Shown: piece by piece, positions 19,278 through 28,948 of the stretch | Position numbering within the stretch: the first letter of the stretch is position 1 | Layout of the letters: each line of letters starts with the position of its first letter | Assembly: GCA_043821645.1 (NCBI GenBank) | Contig: JBDRCO010000072.1 | Coordinates: 97,069 to 161,068 of the forward strand | Direction: 5' to 3' | Source: Pseudomonadota bacterium | GTDB taxonomy: Bacteria; Myxococcota; JACRCW01; JAFGSX01 | DNA length: 64,000 nt | The notes under the pieces: generated by a model | What the model was told of the DNA's origin: nothing | The model's input: only the letters and a program-made list of their open reading frames with translations | Database searches by the model: none | Program-made: the position numbers and the translations under genes

Positions 19278-19415
19278 GCCGCGTACCTCGTTGGTTCATC
19301 GCTGGGGACGTCCTGCGTCCCCGCTGGCGCCCGACCCACAGCCGCCGACGCCTTCACCCTGGTCGCACGTTCCCGCGATGGGATCTGCGTGCCGCAGTGC
19401 ACCATGGGCGAAGCG

Positions 19416-19444
19416 ACCGTAGGAGAGGGCAGGTCACAAGTCAA
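19416..19444 (-). promoter_or_regulatory. sigma70-like promoter for nuoE-nuoF
   Basis: TTGACT-N17-TACGGT on the minus strand. Confidence 0.55.
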
Positions 19445-19533
19445 GGTGAGCCTGCGTCGTCACTGCCTTTCCTGGGCAGCCCAACGAAGCTCGCGCTCGG
19501 ACCTGGAACGGAGGGCAGGAAAGGGGACGCGCC

Positions 19534-20616
19534 TCAGCCGCGACAGTTGTCGATGATAGTGCTGCCATCGGTGAAGACCTCGAGATCGCAGGTCTCGGCA
19601 CTGCCCCCGACGACGTAGGTGGTGATGGTGCCCGTGGCATGGCCGCCGAGGTCGTAGTGCAGCTCGCCCTCTTGCTCCTTGGGCTGGGCCGTGAGCTCGT
19701 CGTCGAACACCCAGGTCTCGCGGTAGGCTCCACTGTATTCGATATCCTGATGCACGGTCAGGGTCGAGCCATCGGCGTAGTTCTGCGTGTAGTCGCCCTG
19801 CCCCGTGCCCGCAGGCGAGAAATCGTACTGGCCCTGGTAGTCCGGAAAGACCTCGGTGCCCAGGTCATCGTACCGGAACTCGTACCTCAAGCTGCCGTCG
19901 GGAAGCGCTGTCAGCTTCTCGCGCACACCCCAGCCGTCGGTGGTGCTGTCTATGGTCTGCTGGATGGTGCCATCGTGCTGCTCGACCTGGACCAGGGTCC
20001 AGTCCGGACTGATCTCGGTGCCCAGGTCATCGTAGCTCACGCTGCCATTGAAGCGCCCCTCGTCGTCGCTCAGGCCCTCGACCACGAACACGTGGTCCGG
20101 GTAGGCGTACACTTCGCGCAGTTCGGTCAGACCGTTGGCCAGCTCTCGGTACTCGCCCTCGAAGCCGCCGCCCTGGCTCGAGCTGCCGGTGTAGACGGTG
20201 GCGCCGGGCTCCACGGGATCTGGTCGGAAGTTGAACTCCCAGGTGACCTCACTACCGTTGCGAAGCTGGTACACGGTGCTGTAGTGACCGCTGCCGTCGC
20301 CGTTATCCACGCCCTGGGTCAGGACCCTGGCCACCTCGCCGCCCTCGGCGCAGGAATACGCCACCTCGAAGGCTCCCGTGGCATCGGTGTAGTGCTCGTA
20401 ATCGGTGCTCCACTCCTGGCAGCTATCGGACTGGGCCTCACCCTCGGCGAGAGCCTTGGCCTCGATGGACGGGATGCCCCGGGCTCCGGTTTCATTCGGG
20501 GGGGTCAGGTGTGGCACCACGGTGCCAAAGGCGTGAACCGCAGGCACACCCACGTCACAGCCGCCTGCGGCGACCGCCACCCATGCCAGCACAACCGTCA
20601 CAGACGCAATGCGCAT
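19534..20616 (-). CDS. Acidic beta-rich repeat lipoprotein (hypothetical)
   Basis: Lipobox AGGC; internal ~54-aa repeats YDDLGTEISPDW / YDDLGTEVFPDY / FDDELTAQP. Confidence 0.78.
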   Translation of the reverse strand: MRIASVTVVLAWVAVAAGGCDVGVPAVHAFGTVVPHLTPPNETGARGIPSIEAKALAEGEAQSDSCQEWSTDYEHYTDATGAFEVAYSCAEGGEVARVLTQGVDNGDGSGHYSTVYQLRNGSEVTWEFNFRPDPVEPGATVYTGSSSQGGGFEGEYRELANGLTELREVYAYPDHVFVVEGLSDDEGRFNGSVSYDDLGTEISPDWTLVQVEQHDGTIQQTIDSTTDGWGVREKLTALPDGSLRYEFRYDDLGTEVFPDYQGQYDFSPAGTGQGDYTQNYADGSTLTVHQDIEYSGAYRETWVFDDELTAQPKEQEGELHYDLGGHATGTITTYVVGGSAETCDLEVFTDGSTIIDNCRG

Positions 20617-20654
20617 GTCCCGTCCGTCGCGAACACCTCGACGCGGTACATGGA

Positions 20655-20670
20655 TGCGAAACCCGGGCCA
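20655..20670 (-). promoter_or_regulatory. sigma54 (-24/-12) promoter candidate for the 19534..20616 gene
   Basis: TGGCCCGGGTTTCGCA with GG-N10-GC spacing, about 40 nt upstream of the ATG. Confidence 0.5.
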
Positions 20671-20880
20671 TCGGGATCAGGTCCGAAGGCGCAGAAGATC
20701 CGGGCAGATCGAGAGGTGATCCGGATTTCGCCCATGATAAATGCGGCCGATTTCATCCAGAGTGGCTGATATGCTCCAGCAGCCTGGTGGATCCGAACCT
20801 CCCGCTCCTGCCCCGACAAGCGCGGATCAGGTGCGGCGCGGCTCTGCCGGGCGGAACATGGCTTGCTTCGCACGGAGGCG

Positions 20881-22932
20881 ATGACGGATCGCATGCCAAC
20901 CCTGTCCTGCATCCCACGCAGCCGCGGCCTCGCCCGCGCCGCAACCCGTGTCGGGCTGGTGCTGGCCTGCGCGGTGTTCGGGGCGCCCGCCGTGGCGCAG
21001 GAGGCCGATCTGTTCGGGCTCGGCGAGGACGAGGGCGACGACGTGGCCAGTGTCCCCATGGTCATCGGTTTGCGCCCCGCCAGCGCCACCGTGCTCACCG
21101 GCGAGGATCTGCTGCGCCAGGGCTACCGCACCCTGGGCGATGCCCTGGCCGATGTGGTGGGCATCGACCTGCAGCGCACCACCCAGGAAAGGCGCTACGG
21201 CCTGCGCGGTATCCCCGACGGCATCCTGCTGGTCATCGACGGAGTGCCGACCCTGGTCGATGGCGAGCGCGACGTGCTCGACGTGGACGAGGGCCTGGAT
21301 CTCAACGATGTGGAGCGGGTCGAGGTGATCCGCGGCCCGTCCTCGGCGGTCCACGGCGTGGCCTCGCTCTCCGGTGTGGTGCAGGTGACCACGCGTCGCC
21401 CCGGGCTGACCAGTGCACGGCTCCGCCTGGGCACCACCCACCTGGGCGAGCGCGAGGTCAGCGCCGACGGCACGGTGCGCTATGACGTGGCCGCCCTGCG
21501 CGCGTCGGTGCTCCACCGCGAAGGGCCCAATGGTGTGTGGCGCCTGGAGAACGTCCCCACACGCTTCATCCGGGTGGGGCGCGCGGTGGTTCCCTCGACC
21601 AAGGAGAACACCGAGATCATTCCCCAGGACGACAGCACCACCCACCTCCGGCTGACCGGCAGCATTGGAGCACTGCAGCTCGACGGGCGTTTCAGCCGCA
21701 GCGACGTGCACACTCCCATCTCCAGCTTCAGCCATGGCCTGCTGTCGACGGGCCCCCAGCAGCGGCAGCTGCGCGAACGCCAGCGCATGCAGCTGAGCTG
21801 GAACCGCCACCTGGGCCCACTGTTCGTCGAGACCTCCGCCTACGGCGCGCGCAACCTGCGCACGGACCTGATCGTGCTGTACCCGTCCCGCGGGCTGTTT
21901 CCGACGGGGGGCAGTGTCACCGTCGACAGTGAGGCCGACACTGCGGGCCTGTTGCTCACCGCGGGCGTGCCTGTGCTGCGCGACCACCGGCTGCTGCTGA
22001 CCTGCTTCGGCGACCTGACCCGACAGTGGGCCGTGACCCGCGCGGTGGACCCCGAAGAGGAACGCGTGTACCCGCGACTGGTCGAGTTCGACGAGCTCAC
22101 CGGCACGGCCACCGCAGCCTTCGAGTACCAGGGTGACTTCGGAGCGGGCTGGCATCTGACGGCGGGCGCCGCGGTGGAGTGGCGCACCGGCTATGGCGCA
22201 GCCCTGGTGCCCCGGGCTTCCCTGAGCTACCTGCCGCTGTCCTGGCTCGCCCTGCGCGCATCGTACGCCGAGGGCTCGCGCACCCCGGACCGCTACGACC
22301 TGGCCTTGCTCACCCAGGCCGTGATCGCTGGCCGCGCCATCGGCGCCGGTGTCAATCCCGACCTGCAGCCCGAGCACGCGCGCAGCCTCGAGCTGGCGTT
22401 GCGTCTGGAGCCGTCGGCTCAGCTTCACGCCGAGCTTGACCTGTTTGCCTCACGCCACGAGAACGCCATCGAGCCAGAGATCGTGGGTGCGCGCATGGTG
22501 CCGCAGAACCTGCCTCCCCGGCTGGTCCTCGGCGGCGAGCTGTCGACGGAGATCGAGGCCATCCCGACCCTGCTGCACCTGGGTGCGGGTGTGGCTCTGG
22601 CACGGACCGTCGATGGACCCGCGCTGGAAAACCGCTTGCTGCTGGTGACCGCCACGGCCGAGGTGACACCCCTGACCGGTATCGCGCTGGGTGCGCGCGG
22701 CCGCGCCGGCTGGCGAGAGCAGAGCGATGCCGCATCGGGAACCTCGGGGAACGCCGAGATCTTTGGCTCGTACCGCGCCCTCGACGAGCGGCTGAGCTTC
22801 TCGCTGGTGCTGCGCAACGCCATCGATGGGCAGGACGATTCCCCGGACGTCGCCGTGCTCACCGGGACCTCTGACGTGGCCATCCCCAGCCGCGGCCGCG
22901 TGCTGTTCGTCGCCATCGAGGGCCGCCTGTGA
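20881..22932 (+). CDS. TonB-dependent receptor
   Basis: Plug motifs (TVLTGEDLLRQGYRTLGDAL, LRG, VERVEVIRGPSSAVHG), barrel motifs NPDLQPEHARSLE and RNAID; GGAGG before ATG. Confidence 0.9.
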   Translation: MTDRMPTLSCIPRSRGLARAATRVGLVLACAVFGAPAVAQEADLFGLGEDEGDDVASVPMVIGLRPASATVLTGEDLLRQGYRTLGDALADVVGIDLQRTTQERRYGLRGIPDGILLVIDGVPTLVDGERDVLDVDEGLDLNDVERVEVIRGPSSAVHGVASLSGVVQVTTRRPGLTSARLRLGTTHLGEREVSADGTVRYDVAALRASVLHREGPNGVWRLENVPTRFIRVGRAVVPSTKENTEIIPQDDSTTHLRLTGSIGALQLDGRFSRSDVHTPISSFSHGLLSTGPQQRQLRERQRMQLSWNRHLGPLFVETSAYGARNLRTDLIVLYPSRGLFPTGGSVTVDSEADTAGLLLTAGVPVLRDHRLLLTCFGDLTRQWAVTRAVDPEEERVYPRLVEFDELTGTATAAFEYQGDFGAGWHLTAGAAVEWRTGYGAALVPRASLSYLPLSWLALRASYAEGSRTPDRYDLALLTQAVIAGRAIGAGVNPDLQPEHARSLELALRLEPSAQLHAELDLFASRHENAIEPEIVGARMVPQNLPPRLVLGGELSTEIEAIPTLLHLGAGVALARTVDGPALENRLLLVTATAEVTPLTGIALGARGRAGWREQSDAASGTSGNAEIFGSYRALDERLSFSLVLRNAIDGQDDSPDVAVLTGTSDVAIPSRGRVLFVAIEGRL

Positions 22933-23804
22933 TGCTGCCCGCCCTGGCCACCGCGCTGTGCCTGGTCTTCGCTGCCGACGTCACCCCGGCCTCGCAGCCA
23001 GCCCCTGCCAGGGGCCCCGTGGTGGTGCTCGCGGATCGCGACACCCGCGCCTACAAGGAGGCGCGCGCAGGCATCGAGGCCGCCGCCGGGCGCCCGGTGC
23101 TGCTGGTGAACAGCAGCGAGACGGAGCGCTGGCATCAGCTCCAGCGCAGCCACGGCGATGCGACCTGGCTCGCCCTGGGACCCCGCGCCACCGCCCTGCT
23201 GAAGAGTTCACCCCACCCGCGCCGGGCCGCGCTGCTGGTGCAGCAGCAGGAGATACCGCCTGGTCTTGCCGCGGTCCCCCTCGAGCTGCCCTACGCGCAG
23301 CAGGTCGCCTGGCTCAAGACCGGATTTCCGGGAAGGTTGCGCCTGGTGGTGCTGCGCCAGCCCGGTGGTCCGGTCGACGACGAGGCGCTGCGCCAGGCCG
23401 CCCAGGCGGCGGAACTGGATCTGGTCCTGGTCGACGTGCGCCGCAGCGGAGATGCGGTCCCAGCCCTGGAGGGTGCGCTGCGCGATCGTCGCCACAGCTC
23501 GCTGCTGTGGGTCCTGCCGGATCCCGTTGCGGTGAGCACGGACACAGTGGCGCCGCTGGTGCAGGCCGCGCTCGCAGCGCGCGTACCCGTGGTCGGTTTC
23601 AGCGACTACTTCCTCCGCGTGGGCGCGCTGGGCGCGGTGGTGGTCGACTACCGTGCCGTGGGCTCCCAGGCGTACGGGATGGCGCGGGATCTGGCGACGA
23701 GCACGCAGGCTGCCGCGTCGGCGCACCTGGAGGTGGATGGCCGGCTCGCCGAGCGCCTTGGCATCGCCGTGGACAGTGGTCCCGGTGTCCAGGTGCGGAG
23801 ATGA
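22929..23804 (+). CDS. Periplasmic ABC-type substrate-binding-like protein
   Basis: Signal peptide; LLWVLPDP, RVPVVGFS..LRVGAL, DYRAVGSQA motifs of the ABC_sub_bind family. Confidence 0.75.
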   Translation: MMLPALATALCLVFAADVTPASQPAPARGPVVVLADRDTRAYKEARAGIEAAAGRPVLLVNSSETERWHQLQRSHGDATWLALGPRATALLKSSPHPRRAALLVQQQEIPPGLAAVPLELPYAQQVAWLKTGFPGRLRLVVLRQPGGPVDDEALRQAAQAAELDLVLVDVRRSGDAVPALEGALRDRRHSSLLWVLPDPVAVSTDTVAPLVQAALAARVPVVGFSDYFLRVGALGAVVVDYRAVGSQAYGMARDLATSTQAAASAHLEVDGRLAERLGIAVDSGPGVQVRR

Positions 23805-25333
23805 ACACACCTCGTCGCTGGCGTCTGGGCCTGCGCGAACGGCTGGTGGCCGCGGTGCTGGGCGTGCTCACGGCACTGCTCGCCATCACCGCCGCGCTCG
23901 TCGTCATGCGCTCCGAGCTGGCCCTGGTCGAGGCCCAGCAGACGCGCTTCGCCGCACTCACGCGTCAGCTCGCGGACTCGCTGCGCTACGCCGTGCTGGC
24001 GCAGAGTCCCGCGCTCATGGAGCCCTCCCTCGACGTGTTCGCGCGCAGCCCCGACCTGGTGCAGGTGGAGGTGCGCGACGAGCGGCGTGCCTTGCTGGCG
24101 GTGAAGAGTGGCCCCCAGGGCCCCGTGGGTGATGGCGTCGAGCGCAGTGACGTGGTGACCGTGGAAGTTCCCGTCAACACCCGCGAGCAGGCGCCCGGCG
24201 ATGAAGACGATGAGCTCGCGATCTTTGGTCTGGGCAGCGAGGGCACGCGCCTGGTGGGCTACGTGCAGGCGGTGTTCTCCACCGAGGCCACGGCACGCAT
24301 CCAGGACAGGCTGCGGCGCGAGATCCTGGCGGCCTTCACGATCCTGGGCGGGCTGGGATTGCTCGCCGTGTTTGGGCTGGCGTCGTCCGTGGTGCGACGC
24401 ACGCGCTTCCTGGCGCAGGCGGCGGCTCGGGTGGCTGAGGGCGACCTCGGGGTGCGCGTCGAGGACCCGGCAAGCGACGAGCTGGCAGCTCTGGCGCAGG
24501 ACTTCAACGCCATGACCACCGCCCTGGCCGAGCAGCACGTCGCCCTCGACCAGGCCGCCTCGCAGCTCGCCGAACAGGAAGCGCTGAGTGCCATTGGACG
24601 TGCCACCGCAGTCATCGCCCACGAGCTCAAGAACCCCCTGGGCATCCTGCTCGGAGCTGCCCAGATCGCGGCCAATGACGAGCGTCCCGAGACCGCGCGG
24701 CGCAAGGCTGCGGGCATCATCGTCGAGGAGGTGCAGCGGCTCGAGCGAACCCTCAACGAGCTGCTTCACTACGCCCGTCCGCGTCCGGCCAGCCGCATGC
24801 CGGTCGACGTCCTGGAGCTGTGCCGGCGCAGCGTGCAGCGCGTGCGTTCGCCGGGCGGCCCCGCCGAGGGCGCGTCCATCGACGTGAGCGGCGAGAGCTG
24901 CACGGTGCTCGCCGACGAGCAGCAGCTGGCGCAGATCCTGCTCAACTTGCTGACCAACGCCGCCCAGGCCGGTGCCAAGCACATCGCGATCGCCGTGCAG
25001 CGCGCGGCAAGCCGCGTGCGTGTCGAGGTGCAGGACGACGGACCCGGGATCGCCCCGAGTGTGCAGGATCAGCTGTTCCGACCCTTCGTCACCACCAAGC
25101 AGCGGGGAGCGGGCCTGGGCCTGGCTGGCTCGCGGCGCATGGCACGGGAGAACGCAGGGGACCTGCGACACGAGCCGGGCGAACAGGGCGCGCGCTTCGT
25201 GCTGGAACTCGAGATGGCCGCTCCAGGGAGCCCGCCACGACCGTCGGAACCACACACAGAGGCGTCAGAGCCAGGGCTCGACACCGCGGGGGCGGCGCAC
25301 GAACGCCCTGACAAGAAAGAGGTCCAGGGATGA
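23801..25333 (+). CDS. HAMP-domain sensor histidine kinase
   Basis: Two TMs, HAMP (DELAALAQDFNAM), AHELKNPL, NLLTNA, DDGPG, GAGLGL; ATGA overlap with the upstream gene. Confidence 0.93.
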   Translation: MNTPRRWRLGLRERLVAAVLGVLTALLAITAALVVMRSELALVEAQQTRFAALTRQLADSLRYAVLAQSPALMEPSLDVFARSPDLVQVEVRDERRALLAVKSGPQGPVGDGVERSDVVTVEVPVNTREQAPGDEDDELAIFGLGSEGTRLVGYVQAVFSTEATARIQDRLRREILAAFTILGGLGLLAVFGLASSVVRRTRFLAQAAARVAEGDLGVRVEDPASDELAALAQDFNAMTTALAEQHVALDQAASQLAEQEALSAIGRATAVIAHELKNPLGILLGAAQIAANDERPETARRKAAGIIVEEVQRLERTLNELLHYARPRPASRMPVDVLELCRRSVQRVRSPGGPAEGASIDVSGESCTVLADEQQLAQILLNLLTNAAQAGAKHIAIAVQRAASRVRVEVQDDGPGIAPSVQDQLFRPFVTTKQRGAGLGLAGSRRMARENAGDLRHEPGEQGARFVLELEMAAPGSPPRPSEPHTEASEPGLDTAGAAHERPDKKEVQG

Positions 25334-26721
25334 CACACCGCGTGCTGCTGGTCGAGGACGAGCAGAACTACCGGCAGGTGATCGCCATGATGATCGCCGA
25401 TCTCGATGTGACGCTCATCGAGGCGGGCGATGGCCGCGAGGCTCTGGAGAAGCTGGACAGTCACGAGGTCGACCTCATCATCACCGACCTCAACATGCCG
25501 CGCATGGACGGCATGGCCTTGCTGGCAGAGCTCAAGACCCGCCAGCTCAACCTGCCTGTCGTCGTCATCACGGCCTACGGCACGGTGGACTCGGCGGTGG
25601 AGGCCATGCGTCTGGGAGCCATCGACTACCTGCAAAAACCCTTCGAAGAAGCGCGCCTGCGCCTGACCTTGCAACGTGTGCTGCAGGTCAGTGACCTGAT
25701 GGCCGAGAACAGGCGGCTGCGCGACGCCGTGGAAAAGAAGTTCGACTTCTCACAGATCATCGGTGAGTCGGCGGCCATGGTCGCGGCGCTGAGGGTGGCC
25801 GGCCAGGTTGCGGGCACCGACGCCACGGTGCTGGTCGAAGGCGAGAGCGGCACTGGCAAGGAACTGGTGGCCCGGGCCATTCATTTCAACAGCCGGCGGG
25901 CCCGCAAACCCTTCGTGGCCGTGAACTGCGCGGCCCTGCCCGATACCTTGCTCGAGGCGGAACTCTTCGGCAGCGAGGTTGGCGCCTACACCGGAGCCAC
26001 GCGCCGCCGCCGCGGCCGGGTCGAGCTGGCCCAGGGGGGAACCCTGTTCCTCGACGAGATAGGCGATATGCCGGCCATGCTGCAGGCCAAGATCCTGCGC
26101 CTGATCCAGGAGAAGACCTACACACCGCTGGGCGGCGAGCAGGAAGCCCGCGCCGACGTGCGCTTCGTGCTGGCGACCCACCGCGACCTCAAATCCCTGG
26201 TGGCCGAGGGCCGCTTTCGCGAGGACCTGTACTACCGGGTGAGCGGACTGCCCGTGCGTCTACCGCCCTTGAGGCAACGCGGTGACGACGTGGTGTTGCT
26301 CGCCGAGGCCCTGATCAAGCAAGCCTGCCAGAACCTGGACCGCCCTCCCCTGGAGCTGACCCCGGCCGCGCGCGATGCCCTGCGAGGCTACGGTTTCCCG
26401 GGCAACGTGCGCGAGCTGGCCAATCTGGTGGAGCGCGCCACCTTGCTGAGCGAAGGCACCACCATCGACGCGACGGACCTGGAACTCGACGACAACCCCG
26501 CCTCGGCACCGGCAGCGGGATCGGTCCCCGGAGCCTCGACCACGGCGGTCAGCGGTGTGTTCACCCTGCCCGAGCAGGGCGTGTCTCTCGAGGAACTCGA
26601 GCGCAGCATGGTCAAGCAAGCCCTCGATCGCGCTGCGGGCAACAAGAGCCGCGCGGCCAAGTTGCTGGGCCTGTCCCGCGCCACCCTGCGCTACCGCATC
26701 GAGAAGTTCGGGCTCGAGTGA
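25330..26721 (+). CDS. sigma54-dependent response regulator (NtrC family)
   Basis: Receiver domain, [37 protein letters not shown], Fis-type HTH. Confidence 0.96.
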   Translation: MTHRVLLVEDEQNYRQVIAMMIADLDVTLIEAGDGREALEKLDSHEVDLIITDLNMPRMDGMALLAELKTRQLNLPVVVITAYGTVDSAVEAMRLGAIDYLQKPFEEARLRLTLQRVLQVSDLMAENRRLRDAVEKKFDFSQIIGESAAMVAALRVAGQVAGTDATVLVEGESGTGKELVARAIHFNSRRARKPFVAVNCAALPDTLLEAELFGSEVGAYTGATRRRRGRVELAQGGTLFLDEIGDMPAMLQAKILRLIQEKTYTPLGGEQEARADVRFVLATHRDLKSLVAEGRFREDLYYRVSGLPVRLPPLRQRGDDVVLLAEALIKQACQNLDRPPLELTPAARDALRGYGFPGNVRELANLVERATLLSEGTTIDATDLELDDNPASAPAAGSVPGASTTAVSGVFTLPEQGVSLEELERSMVKQALDRAAGNKSRAAKLLGLSRATLRYRIEKFGLE

Positions 26722-26789
26722 CACAGCCGGGCGCCCTGAGCCGCCGGCCGCATCCATGCTAAGCTGCACACTCCGCCCCGGAGTGCCAC

Positions 26790-28919
26790 ATGCAGGGAGT
26801 CCCTTCGAGACGATCCGCCATCGCCTGCTCGCTGGTCCTCGTGCTGGGAGCTGCGCTCCTGGCGTGCCCGCAACCCGCAGGGACCTGCAGCACCCAGGCG
26901 CACTGTGCCACCGGCGAGCTCTGCATCGAGGGCCGGTGCCGGCAGGCCTGTGCCTCCAGTGCCGTGGATTGCCCATCTGACCAACAGTGCCACGACGGTG
27001 TGTGCCTCCCCCTCGGCAACGCCTGTTCCAGCCCCGCCGACTGCCTAGGTATCGAGGCCTGTGTCCAGGGACTCTGCCATCTGCTGTGCAGCACCAGCGT
27101 GCCCTGCCCGGGATCACAGCAGTGCATGCAAGGGTCCTGCATCGCGGCCACCGATGCCGCGACCCTGGACGGCTCTGGCAGCGACCAGCGCGCCCGGGAC
27201 AGCGTGCAGCAAGATTCGGCTGCGGCGTCGGACCTTGGCATGTCCCCGGATGGACCGGTGTCCCGGGATGCCATGAGCGGCCAGGACAGGGCCGATGCGT
27301 CGGCCGTTGACATCGTTCGCAACGCTGACGCGACAGTCTTGTCCGATCACCCGACGGCAAGCGATGTTCCTGCCATCGTCGATGGTTCGACTGTCATCTC
27401 CGATGGCATGACTGTCCTGTCCGATGCCGGAACCGCCGACCTGGACCTGTGCAGCGATTCGGTATGTCCGGCGCCTGGTCAGTGTCACAACGTCGACGGA
27501 GGTGGGCACCAGTGTGCCTGCGGCGACGAGGTGTGTGCCAGCGGTCTGCTGTGCGTGGCCGACCGGGGCGACGCCGGCGTCGGGGACGCAGCACCGGTGT
27601 GTTGCGCGGACGGCCTGACCAACTGCAGCAGCACCTGCGTCGACACCGCGCAGGACACGCGCCACTGCGGCGCGTGCGGCCACAGCTGTGCCTTCGGCGA
27701 GAGCTGCAGCAACGGATCGTGTGTGTGCGGTGCCACCCCCGGCTGCAACGCTGGCAGCCAGGATTGCTGTGGTGGCGTCTGCCGCGATGTGCTGACGGAT
27801 CCCCTGCACTGCGGGCCCGTGGGCACAGGAATAGGCTGCTCGGCAAACTGTGTCTCGATGTCCGGGGTGGACTGCAGCCGCGCCTGCAGTCAGGCCCTGG
27901 TGACGCTGTCGGGCACCGTGTCCGGCCCCTTTGCCTTTCCGCAATATGACGTGGTGATCACCGACCTCGCCGTGACGCCCTTCGACGGGATCAACGCGGG
28001 TGTCCTGCTGGTGACCGGCGCCAACATTCAGGTCACGGGGACCCTCGACGCCACGGGGGCCGGCTACGGCGGTGGCGGCGGTGGCGGGGGTGGCGCCGGC
28101 GGGGCGGGAGGCTACGATCAGGACCAGCTGGGTGGCGAGGGAGGCAACGCCGTCGCCGGAAGCATCGCGGGCATGGCGGGAACGGGGTGCGTGAGCGACC
28201 CGGGAAGCAGTCCTGACTGGACCTGCGAGATCCTGGGGAGTCGCCCCGGCGGCAATGGCGGCAAGGGTGGAGGCAGCTTCGGTGGGTCGGGGGGTACAGG
28301 CACCACGGCGGCCGGCGCCGGCGGCTATCTGGCCACCGGGGTCAATGGCGACAGCACGACCGACAGCCAGGTGTGGATGGGGGGTGGCGGTGGCGGCGGA
28401 CGCGGCGGACGCGGCGCCGACGGCTGGAACGACTCCGGCACCTACTGCGGCGGTGGCGGTGGGGGCGGCGCCGGCGCCGGCTACCGAGGTGGCGGGGCCA
28501 TCCTCCTGGTGAGTTCGGGCGAACTGGTGGTGACAGGCAGCATCCTCACCCGTGCGCAGGTGAGCTCCGTCGGCGCCAGCGGCGGCAACGGGCACGCCTC
28601 GATGGGCTGGGAGGGTGGGGACGGTGGCCGTGGCGGCCACGCGCCCCAGGGTGGTGGCGAGGGCGGGACCGGTGGCATGGGTTGGTCGGCCTGTAGCGGT
28701 GCGGCGGCACATAGCGGCACGACCGGTGCCGCGGGCGGCGGCGGTGCCGGTGGCGGCATCCTGCTGCAAGCTGACGTCGTGAACATCGACGGGGTCCTCG
28801 ACGCCCGGGGAACGGGGGACCAGCTCGCCAACAGCGGAACCATCAAGATCTTCTGGCACAACAGCTATCTGAACAACGGGGACCCGGCCACCATTCGGGC
28901 CTTGATCGAGCAGCGGTAG
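26790..28919 (+). CDS. Cys-rich lipoprotein with C-terminal glycine-rich domain
   Basis: LLAC lipobox, Cys-rich repeats (DTRHCGACGHSC, DPLHCG), Asp/Ala/Ser linker, poly-Gly domain. Confidence 0.8.
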   Translation: MQGVPSRRSAIACSLVLVLGAALLACPQPAGTCSTQAHCATGELCIEGRCRQACASSAVDCPSDQQCHDGVCLPLGNACSSPADCLGIEACVQGLCHLLCSTSVPCPGSQQCMQGSCIAATDAATLDGSGSDQRARDSVQQDSAAASDLGMSPDGPVSRDAMSGQDRADASAVDIVRNADATVLSDHPTASDVPAIVDGSTVISDGMTVLSDAGTADLDLCSDSVCPAPGQCHNVDGGGHQCACGDEVCASGLLCVADRGDAGVGDAAPVCCADGLTNCSSTCVDTAQDTRHCGACGHSCAFGESCSNGSCVCGATPGCNAGSQDCCGGVCRDVLTDPLHCGPVGTGIGCSANCVSMSGVDCSRACSQALVTLSGTVSGPFAFPQYDVVITDLAVTPFDGINAGVLLVTGANIQVTGTLDATGAGYGGGGGGGGGAGGAGGYDQDQLGGEGGNAVAGSIAGMAGTGCVSDPGSSPDWTCEILGSRPGGNGGKGGGSFGGSGGTGTTAAGAGGYLATGVNGDSTTDSQVWMGGGGGGGRGGRGADGWNDSGTYCGGGGGGGAGAGYRGGGAILLVSSGELVVTGSILTRAQVSSVGASGGNGHASMGWEGGDGGRGGHAPQGGGEGGTGGMGWSACSGAAAHSGTTGAAGGGGAGGGILLQADVVNIDGVLDARGTGDQLANSGTIKIFWHNSYLNNGDPATIRALIEQR

Positions 28920-28948
28920 CCCCTCGCTGTGACCCGCGAGAAATCCGT

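Noticed and set aside
20827-22428. Long antisense ORFs (also 7891..9945, 23648..25255, 27114..28859, 30950..32914, 36158..37900, 48204..49844)
   Set aside because: Shadow frames of well-supported genes; stop codons are scarce in high-GC DNA and these show no motifs.
26744-26760. GG-N10-GC upstream of the Cys/Gly-rich lipoprotein
   Set aside because: Poor flanking consensus; this spacing arises by chance in GC-rich DNA.
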